This document shows positions 13,827 through 27,800 of a stretch of 64,000 nucleotides of DNA, piece by piece. The stretch comes from Neocallimastix sp. 'constans'. Its lineage: Eukaryota. The DNA lies in contig JBODTK010000126.1 of assembly GCA_050613775.1 (NCBI GenBank), positions 310,001 to 374,000 of the forward strand, in the 5' to 3' direction. Below the pieces are notes generated by a model, which did no database searches, was not told where the DNA came from, and worked only from the letters and a program-made list of their open reading frames with translations. How positions within the stretch are numbered: position 1 is the first letter of the stretch; each line of letters starts with the position of its first letter. The translations under genes and the position numbers were made by a program.

Positions 13827-15209
13827 CTTTTTTACTGTAAATAAATTAATTTATATGTCTAAATAATTATAAATATAATTTAATTATTGTTTAAAAAATA
13901 AAAAATAATTATAATTTATGATTTATAATGTATTAATATATTGAATTATTTAATTATTAATTTCAACATTATTTTTCATTTCATTTACATAAATTATAAT
14001 TAACATTTAAATGTATAAATTAAACGAAGGTTTTAATTAATTCATAAACTAAATTATCTAATAAATATTCCATTATTAAATCACGTATTTATCATTTGAT
14101 ATTTTTAAATTTATTATATAATTTTTAATGATAAATAAATGTTAATTTCGCATTAATTAATGTAGTTAAAATGATACATTAGTTCTATTAATGTGTACAT
14201 ATACATAAATGATACAATATAGAATATAGAACATTTAATTTTCTATAATTGAATTATAAATATATATTAAAATATAATTGTATATATATTTATTTATGTA
14301 TATGTACGCATGTATCAATTCAAATGTAATACAGTCCTTTTTTGATTATGAGAATAAATAAATTTTTAATTTAAATTAATTTAATATAATGATCAGTATT
14401 TATAAGGAAATGACTGATTTTATAAAACAAATATTTTTTGATAGATAAAATTATTTTTTAGATAATATTTTTTTTTGTTTTTTCATATTCATCAATAATA
14501 TCTATAAAAATACAAAAATTAGAAAATTTATTTATTATTTTACACTTTTATTATTATTATTATTACTAATATTATTATTGAAAAATTATTTTTCTTTACT
14601 AGATTAATTATAAAATTATTTAAATATACAAAAATTTTTTTAATAAAAAAAAATTTTAATGAATAATTAAATAAATTTTAATAAATAATAATAATATTTG
14701 ATTTTATTTCACTTTTTTTATTTAAATAAAATTTATTTCTTTTTTAATTCAAATTTTTTAAACCACATATTTTAATAATAACTTTGAATAAGATAAACGT
14801 ATTTTTAGTTTATTATTGAAAAAAATAATGAAAAATTACATTAAAATAGTATAAATAATATTATATTTAAATTTATTAAAATTATGTTTTTTTTTTTTTT
14901 TTTTAATCTATATTCTAAAACAATAATTTAATATTAAAGATTTCTAATAGATATTAAATAATTTAAATTTATTATTATTAAAATAAATTAATACTTTTTT
15001 CAATATTTATTTATTTATTTATTATTATTATTCTAATAATAAAATTTTATTAAAACTGTAAAATATTTAATGTATTAGTGAATGTATATAAACTTCTAAT
15101 CAAAATAATTAAATTAAGAATAAAATAGAACTCAATTAAAAATAGTAATAATTTAATTAATATAATAATTATTAAAAAATATTTTTAATAATTAAATTCT
15201 TTTTTTTTT

Positions 15210-15373
15210 TTATATAGGGTTTGAAGCATTTTGAGTTTGTTGAATCCTATTTTGATTAGCAATTTCCATTAAGCTATTTAAGAAAGACTGTTGTTCTGAA
15301 TTTAATGATTGGGTAAGTAAACCATAAGATTGGACTTGAGTTTGAGAAATAACTAATAATTATTATTAAAAAT

Positions 15374-15410
<37 letters not shown>

Positions 15411-15480
15411 AAATATATTATTTATGTTAGTTATTTTTATTAATGAAGCAAATATCAAAAATAAAATTAAAATAATTTAT

Positions 15481-15511
<31 letters not shown>

Positions 15512-18500
15512 AATGACATACATTGAATTATATCTTGGAATTTAATATATATATCAATATTATCTAATGGAGTTTGGAAATATAATTCTTCTTCTAATTC
15601 TTCAAATGAATCATACGCACCAAATTCATTAGCAGCAGCAGCAGCAAGTAATTGTAAGTAATCTTCACCATCTCCATCAATAACATTTTCATCACCTTCA
15701 ACTTCATTTAATTCTTCATTTTCATCATCACCCTTTAATAATTTTTCATAAGCATCTTCATAATTATCTTCATCATCTTCTAATTTCTTACGTTCTTTAA
15801 TATATTTAAATTTAAATCATTATTATTAATATTACTTTAAATTATTATTTTGACAAAAATAATTTTATTTACTTATTTTAATCAGAGTAAATCTAAATAC
15901 AAATATAATTAGTTTATTTAATTTACCTTCAACAGCCTTTGGATAAGTTTGGAATAAATTAATTAAAGCATACATAATTTGTCCCCAGCCAGTTTGTAAT
16001 GAACTTGGTACATTTTCGAATGGAATTTCTAATAAAGTTAAGAGAGCAACGATACATAATTTCTTATCGTGAACACGCTTAAATTTATCTAATGATTCAA
16101 ACCATTTAGTAAAGAAAGTAGATGTATAATTTATATGTTCTAAGAAGCCCAAAGAAAGTAATGGGTTATAGTAAAGTGCATTAATAATAACTTCAAAGCA
16201 AGTAATAATAAAACCGGTTGGTAGTTCTTCTTCGGTATTTTCAATATTTTCATGAGCTAATGTAATAAATTCTGGAATGTAATTATCAATGACATGTCTA
16301 CAGTTTAACATCATAGATTCCATCAACTGACAACCATAAATACGTTCAGTGGCATCTAAAGCATCTGTTTCCATAACATTTTTAATTATATCAAACATTT
16401 TATCCTGATAATCCTTATTAGTATTAAAGACATCACTACCAAATGAAATATAATTATCTAAACATGGGAACATTTCCCTAATGTAATCCATAGCATCATT
16501 CTTAAATGCTTTATAAATTAAATCATAAATATTCCAAATAACATTTGAAACTTTCTTTTGACAGTATGTAAAGCCATCAATAATTTCAAATATATCATCA
16601 TATAAATCAATGACCTCCATATCAAGAATATAGTGAATTACTGGATATAAAGTAATTTCTAATTGTGCTAAAATGTCTGGTGACGCCTCCATAGCTAATA
16701 CAACAGTTGAAATTGTTTTTAAAATACCCATTGATGCCATAATTTTATTTCCAGCAATATCTTCATCAGCATTTTCAACATTAGCTTCACTAATCATTCT
16801 TAATAAAGTATCTTTTAATTGTTCACATAATTGTGTCGCATATGGGGCTAATTGATCAGCAAATAATTCAACCATTCTATTCATTAATGGTGTCAAAGTA
16901 TCCATATCAATTTCATTTAATAATTTTAATAATTCTTGCATAATTATATTAATATGTGGACCTATTTCAGACTGGACTGATTCATATTGAAGTAAACTAC
17001 TAAGAGCAAGAGAAGCTGAAATTTTTACTGGTAATTCTTCATTTTGCATACAATTCATAACACCCTGAAGTGAAAGCTTAGCTTGTTCATCATTTAATTC
17101 TAGATCTTCAAATTTCGTAATTAATTCACAAATTCTTACGCGAAGAAATGGGAATTGACTATTGAAATCATCAAATAAATTAAGTAAGAAATTACCCATT
17201 TGGTCTTTAACTGGCGAATTTTTACGAAGAGTCAAATCTGACAAAATACCAATCATAGCTAAAGCACCATCCTTTTGATAAGCAGAATTCATATTTTGTG
17301 GTTGTTTGTTAGCTTCAATAGTGTTGTTAATAAATTCTAAAATTGGCATAAATGTATAAGAACGACGATCTTTTACTAATGTAACAAGGAAGGCAGCTGC
17401 AGAAGCAACTGGACTCTTGAAATCATCCATAGGATCAAAACGCTTTCTAACATATTCAACTGGATCTTCTTCCCAAAGTTCTTGTTCCTCAGAATTAAAA
17501 CACATTAATGGGAATATGAAATATTTAGTTAATGCTTCGACTTGTGGCTTAAGAATTTGCCAAGTTACCTTTGGTTTTACACATTCAGTATAGAAATCAC
17601 CAATTAAATGTAAAACCCAAGAAGACATAAAACGTCCATTAACTAACAATTCAGTTTGCTTTAAATATGATTTTAAAATAATTGGTGCAAAATTTTGAGT
17701 AAATCCTTCTGCAAATCCTCTATAATCTTTTAATGAATTTGGACTACCATATCTTGAGAAAATTCTATTTAAACATTTGTAAGCCCACTTTTTAGCTTTC
17801 CACCATGGATATTTTTCGCGTTCTTCTTTAGTTGTGGGTAAAATTTCATCAGGAATATTTTTTTCAATAATTTGTAAGAATAAAGTACCCCATGGAATTA
17901 AAGATGAATTGTCTTGTAAACAGGGGAAGAAATCGCACTTTTAGTTATTAATTTCATATAGATTATATATATAAAAAAAATATATTATATATTTTTTTTA
18001 TAATTAGATTTTAAAATATTTAAAACAGATAATAAATAAATAAATAAATATTACTTGAATTGAAGCGGAATAAATCTTGAAAATCAATTTAATAATTTCT
18101 GCTGCTTCTAAAGTATCATTATTAGCAGCATTTTGTGCTATTTTTAAAGTCAAAGGATAGATTTGTTCAACAATTTGATTTAGAGGTTCCCTATCATCCT
18201 TTTTAAATCTAAACAATTTAAAAACAATTTTAATAAAATTTATATATATAATTAATACTATTATATACTGAAATTTTTATTTACTGGTAAATTCTGACAA
18301 TTTCATTTAAAACTAAAACCCCAATATAATTATGTTGATATTCAGTTGAACTCAATAAGGCAGTTAAATTTGGAACTAATTGAGGCCATTCTTCTGGGAA
18401 GTCATTACAAATTACAATATTTATAGAAGAAGTAAGTTGATTACTTTAATATTATTAACATTTTATTTACCAAATATTATTAAAACATTATTGTTAATTT

Positions 18501-19512
18501 ATGTCTTTTTTTCTTTTCCTTTTTTTTCTTTTTTTTTTTTTTTTTTTTTATATTATTTATAATATATAGTGACAATATTTATATTAATATTAGTTTTAAT
18601 ATATATACCGTATAATTTGTGGAACTTTACTTAATGCTTCAATAATATTTTGTTTTATAAATCCTTTATCACTTTCTGAAATACCAATAAAATTTGGAGT
18701 ATGATTATCCCAAGCCCTTCTAATCCTATTTTTAAAGTAAATTGCAGCTTTAAAATATAGTAAACAAAATTTAATTATTCAATATTATTATCATTTTTAT
18801 TAAAAACATTTTAATTAAAAATTAAAATAAATAAAAATAAATAAAATAAAATAAAATAAATAAATAAATAAAAAACCTGCATGTTTAGTTCCTAAATCAA
18901 TATCATCTGAACATATAATTGTTAAAACGACATTCATAAAGTTTTCCTGTTTTTCATACTTTATTTTTTTTTTTATTCATTATTTTTAATTATTATTTAA
19001 AATATTATTATATATATTAATTTTAAAAATTTTAATTTTATTTAATTTCATTTTATTTTATTCAATCTGTAGTTTATATTCATATTTCAACTGTTTATTT
19101 ATTTTTATTTTATTATTACTAATACTTTGCTCTTTTATATTACTTCACTATTTATTTTATTTTATTTTTATTAATACCTTACTTTTTTAAATTTCTTCAC
19201 TATTTGTTTTATTTTATTTTTATTAATACTTTACTTTTTTAAATTTCTTCATTATTTATTTTATTTTATTTTTATTAATACTTTATTTTTTCACTTCATT
19301 TTTTTTTATTTATTCTATTCAATTTTTAATTTATATTCATACTTTTTTTCAATTTTATTTTATTTTATTATATTTAGTATAATTTAATTTAGTAATTGAT
19401 AAAAAATATATTAATATATTACATCTTTTAAGGTCAATTCAACTTTCATACGAATATTTTGGTCTTGACTTAATGTTGCATTGAATAATTGACTTAATGT
19501 ATTTTTATCCAT
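15210..19512 (-). CDS. Importin-7/8 family karyopherin (Nmd5/Sxm1-like), 8 exons
   Basis: MDKNTLSQLFNATLSQDQNIR...AAIYFKNRI (IBN-N domain), NDFPEEWP, YPWWKAKKWAYKCLNRIFSRYG, ELWEEDPVEYVRK, FKRVHDKKL, then an acidic loop. Stop at 15210. Confidence 0.92.
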
Positions 19513-19741
19513 TTTAATTGATGTCTTCCATTAAACTTTAATTATATTTTAAAATATTTTAATTTTTAATATTTCAATTAATAATATAATTTTAAGCAAT
19601 AATAATGGTTTAATATTTTTTTTTTTTTTTATTTTATTATGTTATATAATTTATATATACTAATTTCCTTGATTTCTTACCTTTTCCAAAAATAAATCAA
19701 TAAAAAAATATTAATTAGGTATATTTTAAATAAGATTTTTC

Positions 19742-19792
<51 letters not shown>

Positions 19793-19884
19793 TTAAAAGT
19801 AATGAAAGAATAATGTATATGTTTCTGAAAAATATTCTATAAATTTTTTAAATTTTTATATACTAATCTTTGTGTCTATATATC

Positions 19885-19915
<31 letters not shown>

Positions 19916-19960
19916 AAAAAAAATTTCTTTTAGTTATTTAAAAAATGTAAATTTTTCTAC

Positions 19961-19990
19961 AGGCTAATCAAATTATTACCAATCAGTATC
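19961..19990. promoter_or_regulatory. Candidate tandem CCAAT (NF-Y/Hap) boxes upstream of the importin gene
   Basis: GGCTAATCA and ACCAATCAG lie close together about 450 bp upstream of the importin ATG, in otherwise nearly GC-free DNA of the divergent importin/VPS8 spacer. Confidence 0.3.
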
Positions 19991-20459
19991 AAAAAATTTT
20001 AAAATTTCTACTATAAAATTTATTTAATATAATTATATATATACATTTATTAATTTTAAAACAATAATAAAATTTATATGTAAAAATTAAATATATTATA
20101 AAAATCTAATTATATAAAAAAGAGTTATTTGTATTTTTTTTATAATTTAAATCCTATTAATATATATTAATATACATAATTACATATTCTTATATTTTAT
20201 AAATTAAATAAATAATAATAGTAATAAAAAAATATATACTATTTTTGTGGTAGTTTAAATGTATATGTACCAGATTTACAATATTGATACTATCAAATAC
20301 TAATTTTACGTTATTATAGTTCGATCAAAATGAAAATGTTTTTACTAAATCCTGTAAAAATAAATGTTACCATCAATTTTTCATTAGTAATTTTGAATAT
20401 TAATATTTAATATTTAAAAAAATTAAATAAAATATAATTTTTTTATCATTTATATCTAT

Positions 20460-21445
20460 ACATTTGTGAATTGATGATTCTTGAATGTGTTGTGGTAATG
20501 GAGATAGCAAATGAAATTGATTTGGAGCATAACAATATCGGTAAGTTTTTAGTATTGTCTTACATTAATCAGAAATGGATAGACGAAAGCCATGACTTGG
20601 TTGGTCATGAAAAAAAAAGGGATACGCATTTGATGAACTAATAGGCACATTAACTATAGAGAAGATGACTTATTTATACGACCATATTAACTTTAAATGT
20701 TGGAAAGATAAAAGTAAGTTAGGTACTTTACATAATGGTAGCGATTTTTATGTGACCTTCGAGTGACAAAAATACGTTATTAATACAAAACTTATTCAAA
20801 AGCTTTAATAAGTTGTTTACGAGCATCTAAACATCAAATGTTTTGGAGTATATGTATTAAGATTGTACAGAAGGGTTGATTAGTATGAGTTTTGAACCTT
20901 CAAGATTCCTGTAAGTTGTTTGTCTCCTAGTCCTATAGTGATTTTTTTGTTAACAATTTGGTATCAAAATATTAACATTTGATATTCAGGCTAGTTTTTC
21001 TTTTGTTTTATTTTTTTGAGTTTTGTGTTTTCAATGATAGGTCATGGCGTGAATTTCACGACTAATTTTTTCAGCCTTGTAATTGATTTAAATAAATTAG
21101 TTAGTACATCAGAACTATCTTCTAAATCACATAACAAATTATGGTACAATTGGAACAAATTAATGTCGTTGCGTTCTTTCAATACTTGTCAAAACATTAA
21201 TAATAAAGATATTTTTATTTATCTTACCTTAAAACTCCTAGTACAATAACTGCATACTTTTTCAATCCAGAGGATTTATTAAGTTTCAAGTGTTTCAATA
21301 ATTACTTTAAAAATAATTATTATTCTACTCTTTTTCTATAAGTAACTCAGCGGTATGTGAAGCCATTTATTTAGTTAAACGATTAAACATATTTAAAGTA
21401 ATACTGGATGGTGTAACATCAAAGTTTTAAATTATGAACTTCTGA
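20460..21445 (-). pseudogene. Decayed coding-like remnant, probably a transposon or pseudogene fragment
   Basis: About 1 kb with clearly higher GC than its flanks and no homopolymers. Minus-strand frames give protein-like pieces (VLKERNDINLFQLYHNLLCDLEDSSDVL; YRYCYAPNQFHLLSPLPQH) broken by many stops. Family not recognised. Confidence 0.35.
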
Positions 21446-21688
21446 AAAAGAATAAAAATAATTTATTTGCATAAAATAAAAAAAAACTTAAATAATAATT
21501 TTATAATATATTTATGTATAATATTTATAATACTCACGTGAATCAATATAATTAATTAATTTTTTAATAAACATCAATTTTTAAAAAATATATTAAAATA
21601 TAATATTAAAAGCTAATTAAATTAATGAAATATGTCATTAAATTATCTACTATTATCTATAAAGTAAGTTCTCATTCAAATAAAGCTG

Positions 21689-21724
<36 letters not shown>

Positions 21725-21856
21725 AGAAATTGAACAATTGTGTATATCAAAAGTAATATACATATATCAAAATATTATTTTTTTAAGAAAGTATTTATAA
21801 TGAAATATTAAATAAATCAATAAATAAATAAATAAATAATAAACATATAAATAATA

Positions 21857-24836
21857 ATGGAAAAAACAGGTAATTTTTTAAAATTTTTATTATAAAAAAT
21901 AACATGAATGATTATTGCAAGAAGTAGATTTTATTTACTATATTATTGTTTCTTTTTTTTTTTCTTTTATTATTCTTAAAGAAATTGAGAAAAATAAAAA
22001 CTTTAATTTAATTATATATTAATGTTATTACATTTTAAATGTTTATAGATTAATATTATTTATAATAAAAATATATAATTCTTATTATATTTTATTTACT
22101 AATTAAGCATTTAATATATTATTATTTAAACAATCGATAAATGTAAATAATAAGATCCCATTCAAGTTATATCAAATTTAGAAGCGAAATTTAATAATAT
22201 TATTATACCTGAAAATGAACTACCAAATATATCATCTAATGATTTAAAACAAAAGAAATCAGAATTAGAAATATTAAAGGAGCAATTATTAAATTTTGAA
22301 AAAGATAATAATTTAAATAAAATTTCTGTAGATAATCCAACAAATAATTCATTTATTTATACAAAAACAGAAAGTATAATTGAAAAAATTGTATTAGAAA
22401 TAAAATTATATGAGCAATTTATTAATAAAACAGGTACATTAAGTTAATAATAATTAAATGGAGTAAACATATTTTAAATATTAAATATAATTAAAATATA
22501 TTTCTAAATACTTATTAATTGTATTATAGAAAATCGTTTAACGTTGGATGAAATTTTGAAAGAAAGTAATGATTTACCTGAAGAATATATAGATGACATT
22601 CAGTCATTAGCAAGCAGTAAAATTCAAAATTATTTTGATAATAATGTAATTTATATTATTACAGTATTATATTATTAAATATTATTCTTCAGTTATATTA
22701 ATATTTAATTTATATTAAAATCTTTTAATATTAATATCTATATTTATATTTATATATATATTTATTAATATAAAATTATATTAATATAATAATATATTTA
22801 AATAGTTTCATATAGAAACTCAAAGTGTCAGTTCTTCGTTGTCTTCACCTTCATTCAAAAGAAATAATATAAATTCATTTAATAATGGCCCACCTAAAAG
22901 TATATCAAGGTATAGAAGAACATCAGAATCTAATCATCATTTACCATCAAAATCTAATTTTTCATACGTATCAATTAAAGCGTTTGGAAATCAAATAGGG
23001 AATGCAATGCCTCCAGGTCCATCAGATGTTGTATATATCAAGAATAAAATAATTTGTTTAAAATTTCTTTATATTTATATTAAATTAAATTATATTTTTA
23101 TATTTATTATGTGAATATATATTGCTTAATGAAGTTTCAGTGGACAAAACTAAGAACAATTTCTGAACAGTTATATTCAAAAAGAATTAAAGAAGAAATT
23201 GGAATGCCAACTGTTTTTTGTGTAAATATTAAAATTAATTTTATTTTTCAAGTATTATAATTAGGCCAATAAATAATAAGCAAGTTGTATTAAAATATTT
23301 TTATATTTAATAATAAAAGATAAAAAAGTATATTGTTTTTGGTATGTCAAATGGTGCTGTATTAGTTTATGATTTAAATCAAAATCTTAAAGTTATGTTT
23401 GGTTTTACAAATGAAGGAATTGATATATCACCTGTAACTTCAATTACAATATCACCTGATAATACATATGTTGCTTCAGGTCATCAAAATGGAAAAATAA
23501 CTGTATGGGATATAGAACAATCAACAAAAGTAAAGGAAATTTTTCCAAAAAGTACTAAAGATGATAATAAAAAAAAAATGCATCAAGAAAATTCAACAAT
23601 TACATTTATTGATTTTATATCTACATCAGAAATTATTAGTGCAGATAACAAAGTATAAAATAATTAATTATTATTTGTTATTAAAATATATATAATCAAG
23701 TTGAAAAATATACTAATTAATATTACTGATTGAATATTTTTTTTGTATAGGGAATGATATTTTATCATTTAATACAAAAAATTTTAATGATTTATTATGT
23801 CACAACTACAAAATTATATGGTACAGAACAAATGTTAAAGCTTAAAGAAGATTTGTCTCCGATACTATCATTATCAGTTTTAACAAAAGGAAACGCAAAC
23901 CATCCAATTGAAGATACAAATCTTGTAGCATTTAGTACAACAGACTCAGTAAATATTATTATATTTCATTGTCATTATTAATATTAAATGAATGTTTAAT
24001 ATAATATTAATAATTATTAATTAAATAATTTAAGATAACTGTATTTAGTATGAAACCTGAAATAAATGTTCAGTACTGTGATAAGTGGAATAAAGACTTA
24101 GATTTAAAAGATAATATAAAACTAGAAACATGTTCATGTTTATCATGGTATCCGGCATTAAAAACTGAAAAAGGCACTAACATAAGAAGTATTTAATCTT
24201 TTTTTTTTCTTATTATTATAAATTTATATATAAATTAAAAAAAAAAAAAAAGTAATTTAAATATGTAATTTATTTGTATACTTATTTTTACTTCTTTTTT
24301 TAAAAAAAAAAAAAAAATAAAAAAAATAATAATAATAATAATAAAATAAAAGTAAATGATCCATTATTAGCATATTCGTATAATAATCACTTAACTATTG
24401 TTAGAGTATCAAAACATAGAAAGAATAATAATAAATTTAATTATCAATTTATTTCAATTGGAAATTGGAAATCAAAAAATAACATTACATTAATAAGATG
24501 GTTAAATACACAAGTAAGCTTAATTATTTATTTATTGAATTATATTTATATATATAGATAAATGTATATAGATAAATATAAGATAAATAGTTTTATAAAT
24601 ATTTATTATATTTATATTTTATAAAATAAATAGTATATTGTTTTAATGGATAATCAAGAAAATCTTATTATTTTTGATGTCCAATTAATGAATTCAGTAG
24701 AAAAATCCGATGTATGCAAAAAACAGATTTTATGTCAGAGTATAAATTCTTTTTCATCAAATTTAAATTTTGAAGCAATAACTTATCATCATAGTGTTCA
24801 GTCATTTAAAGGAAGATTATGTATATTGGTAAATTC

Positions 24837-24877
<41 letters not shown>

Positions 24878-27800
24878 TAATAATAATTTACATTTACATA
24901 TAAATATATAAAATTTTGTTAAATAATTACAAAAATACAGTGTAGAACAAAATTTTATATTGTATCATTATTTTCTTGGGAAGAAAGAATATCTACTCTT
25001 ATCCGCTCAGGTAACATTGTTGAAGCTATTTCTATTGCTATTGATTTTTATAAGAATAATGGAAAACACGCTGTAATGAATTTACCAACAAATAATGAAA
25101 AAAGAATGACAGATACTAGTGAATATATTGAAAAATTATTGGTGTCTTACGTTAATATGACATTAGTGGTTCCAGTTGATTATGAATATATAAATCCTGA
25201 AATGAGTGATAAAGCAGTTTATCAGCATTTGTCACATATTTGTTTTGAAGTATGTATTACTATCAATCGTTTTGATCTTTTATATGGTCATATTTATGAT
25301 AAATTTTCAGAATGTCATTTACAAGATATATTTTTTGAAACTCTGGAGATCTATATTTTAAATCACAAAATTGATAAACTTTATACAGAAGATAATTTAA
25401 ATCCAACAATTAGTGATGGATTTATTAATTATTTTTATGAGAAAAAATGGTATTCTCGATTAGAAGAATGTATTATTCTTATAGATCCAACATTACTTAA
25501 TATAGACCATATAATAAAAATATTTAGAGATAAAAAATTGTTTAAAGGACTTATTTATATTTATTCCCATGTTCTTAAAGACTCAATTTCACCTATAATT
25601 GAAATATTAATGGACATAATAAAAATAAAAGAAAATAATTTAATTGTAAATAATGATAACCAACAAGACATAAATGATTCACAATATAATATAAATTTTA
25701 TAAAATTGAAAACCCGATCCGAAAATAATGTTGATGATATTAAACATGAATTAAATTCACAGAATAATCTTACAAATAATTTAAAACCAAAATCAGAAGG
25801 TGATATAAATAAAAAAAATAAATCCAGAGAAAAAAGTTTAACTATTATAGATTCTTTAATTGAAAATAATGAGGAGGATAAAAATGCAAATTATACTAAA
25901 AAAATATATAATAAGAAGAAAAAAGATATTGAATATATGCTTTATGTATTTATAGCATATTCATTAAGTGGTAAATCTTTTCCATTTGGTCTTCCAAATA
26001 AAGATAATCCTAAGGAAGCTAAAATTCAATGCTATAATTTTTTATTTTCAAAAAATTATATTAAATGGCAATATAGAAAGGAATTCAAAGACATTGTCAT
26101 CGGTTCAACCCCATACCCTTATTTAAAAGAATTACTTAAACGAAATACTAATGAAATGTTAAAAGTACTTGGTGCTGCATTTGAAGATACTTCTATGAAT
26201 GAGGAAATTATTTTAGATCCAGATTACTTGAAAATTGATAAAGATACCTCTCTAATAAGTAAAACAAATCAATTTATGATCAATAATGATATAGATTATG
26301 TTGATTTTGATAATACAGATAAAAGTTTAAAAAAAATCAATTATCAGTATATTATTCATATTTTATTTAACGTCATTGAAAATACAAATGAATTTTCAAA
26401 TCATGAAATTCTTCAATTTTACGAATTTATTAGTCGTATGATATCCAAATTTTCTACATTTATTTATCTTGAAGAAGATATTTTGGAAAAAATTTATAAC
26501 TTTTTATTAAATTATAAAGAAGACGAATTTTATATCAAAACATATAATGAAGAAAAACTATCAAGAGAAGATTTAACAAATTCAACGTTATTTGTAAATT
26601 CATTAGGTTTAACTGTTTGGGAATCTAGAGATATGCGTCAACGTTCCATTCAATCTATTCTTTCAATATACAATCCACCAGAAAGTGAAGAAATATTATT
26701 AAAAAAATACAAAAAAGCAAAATATTATAAGTTATGTGAAAATATTTATTTAAAGAATAAAAAATATGCAAAAGTTATTGAATGTTATATATTCGATCGT
26801 TATCGCCAAAAGGATGTATATCAATGTATATTTGAGATTTTACATTTATCTAATAATTATCAGCAACCACTTGCAAGTAAAATTGATATTAATAATGAAT
26901 CTGAAGTTACTATACATATTACTAATCCTAATATAATAAACTATTCTCATTTGACCTCTGAACAACTGAATGATATAAAAAAGATTATTATCAGAAATAT
27001 AGAGAAATTATTAAATATTGATCATATAAAACTTGCATATATTATTATATTATTATTTTCGCCAAATGATTGGCTTTCTATCTATCACGAAATTGTACCC
27101 AAAGATTCCAAATATCTATTTTTAAAAAGTATAGTCCAACTTATTCTCGATTTAGGACCCACAATCCATATAATGACAGGTAGTAATAATAATAATTTAG
27201 AAATTTTAAATAATAATAGTATAGGTAATATAAGTCAAAATAGTAAAGATTTAGGAACTCAACAACTAAAAGAAGTAACTTTTTCTTCAGATATTATTGA
27301 GATTACACCTAAACTCAACAAAATGAATAATAAGAAAATTAAGAAAAAGTCTAAAAATGAATTTACTGTTGTCACCATGAATTCATCAACTAATTATAAT
27401 ATGATTCAAGAATTAATTACTCGTATTTTATGCTTATCTTTTTATATGAAAGGAACTCCACTAATTGGAACTATTGAAAAAGGTAAAGCAAAAATAAATG
27501 ACTCTAATGAAAAGGAAGAAAATATCAGTACAAAAGAATTCCAAATCACTTCACCATTTATTTTATTTAAAAATGATATCAATGACGAATATATTGAACT
27601 CATGTGTCAATATGAACCAGAACAAGTAATTACCTATTTAAAATTTATAGATAAAACGTATCAGAATTATTTCTATTCTACTAAAAAAATTAGTGAAATA
27701 TGTAAACGTTATAATGTCATAGATGCTAATGCATGGATTATGGAAAAATCTGGAGATATGAATAAGGCATTAGATTGTTTCTTAAATTATATACAGGAGC

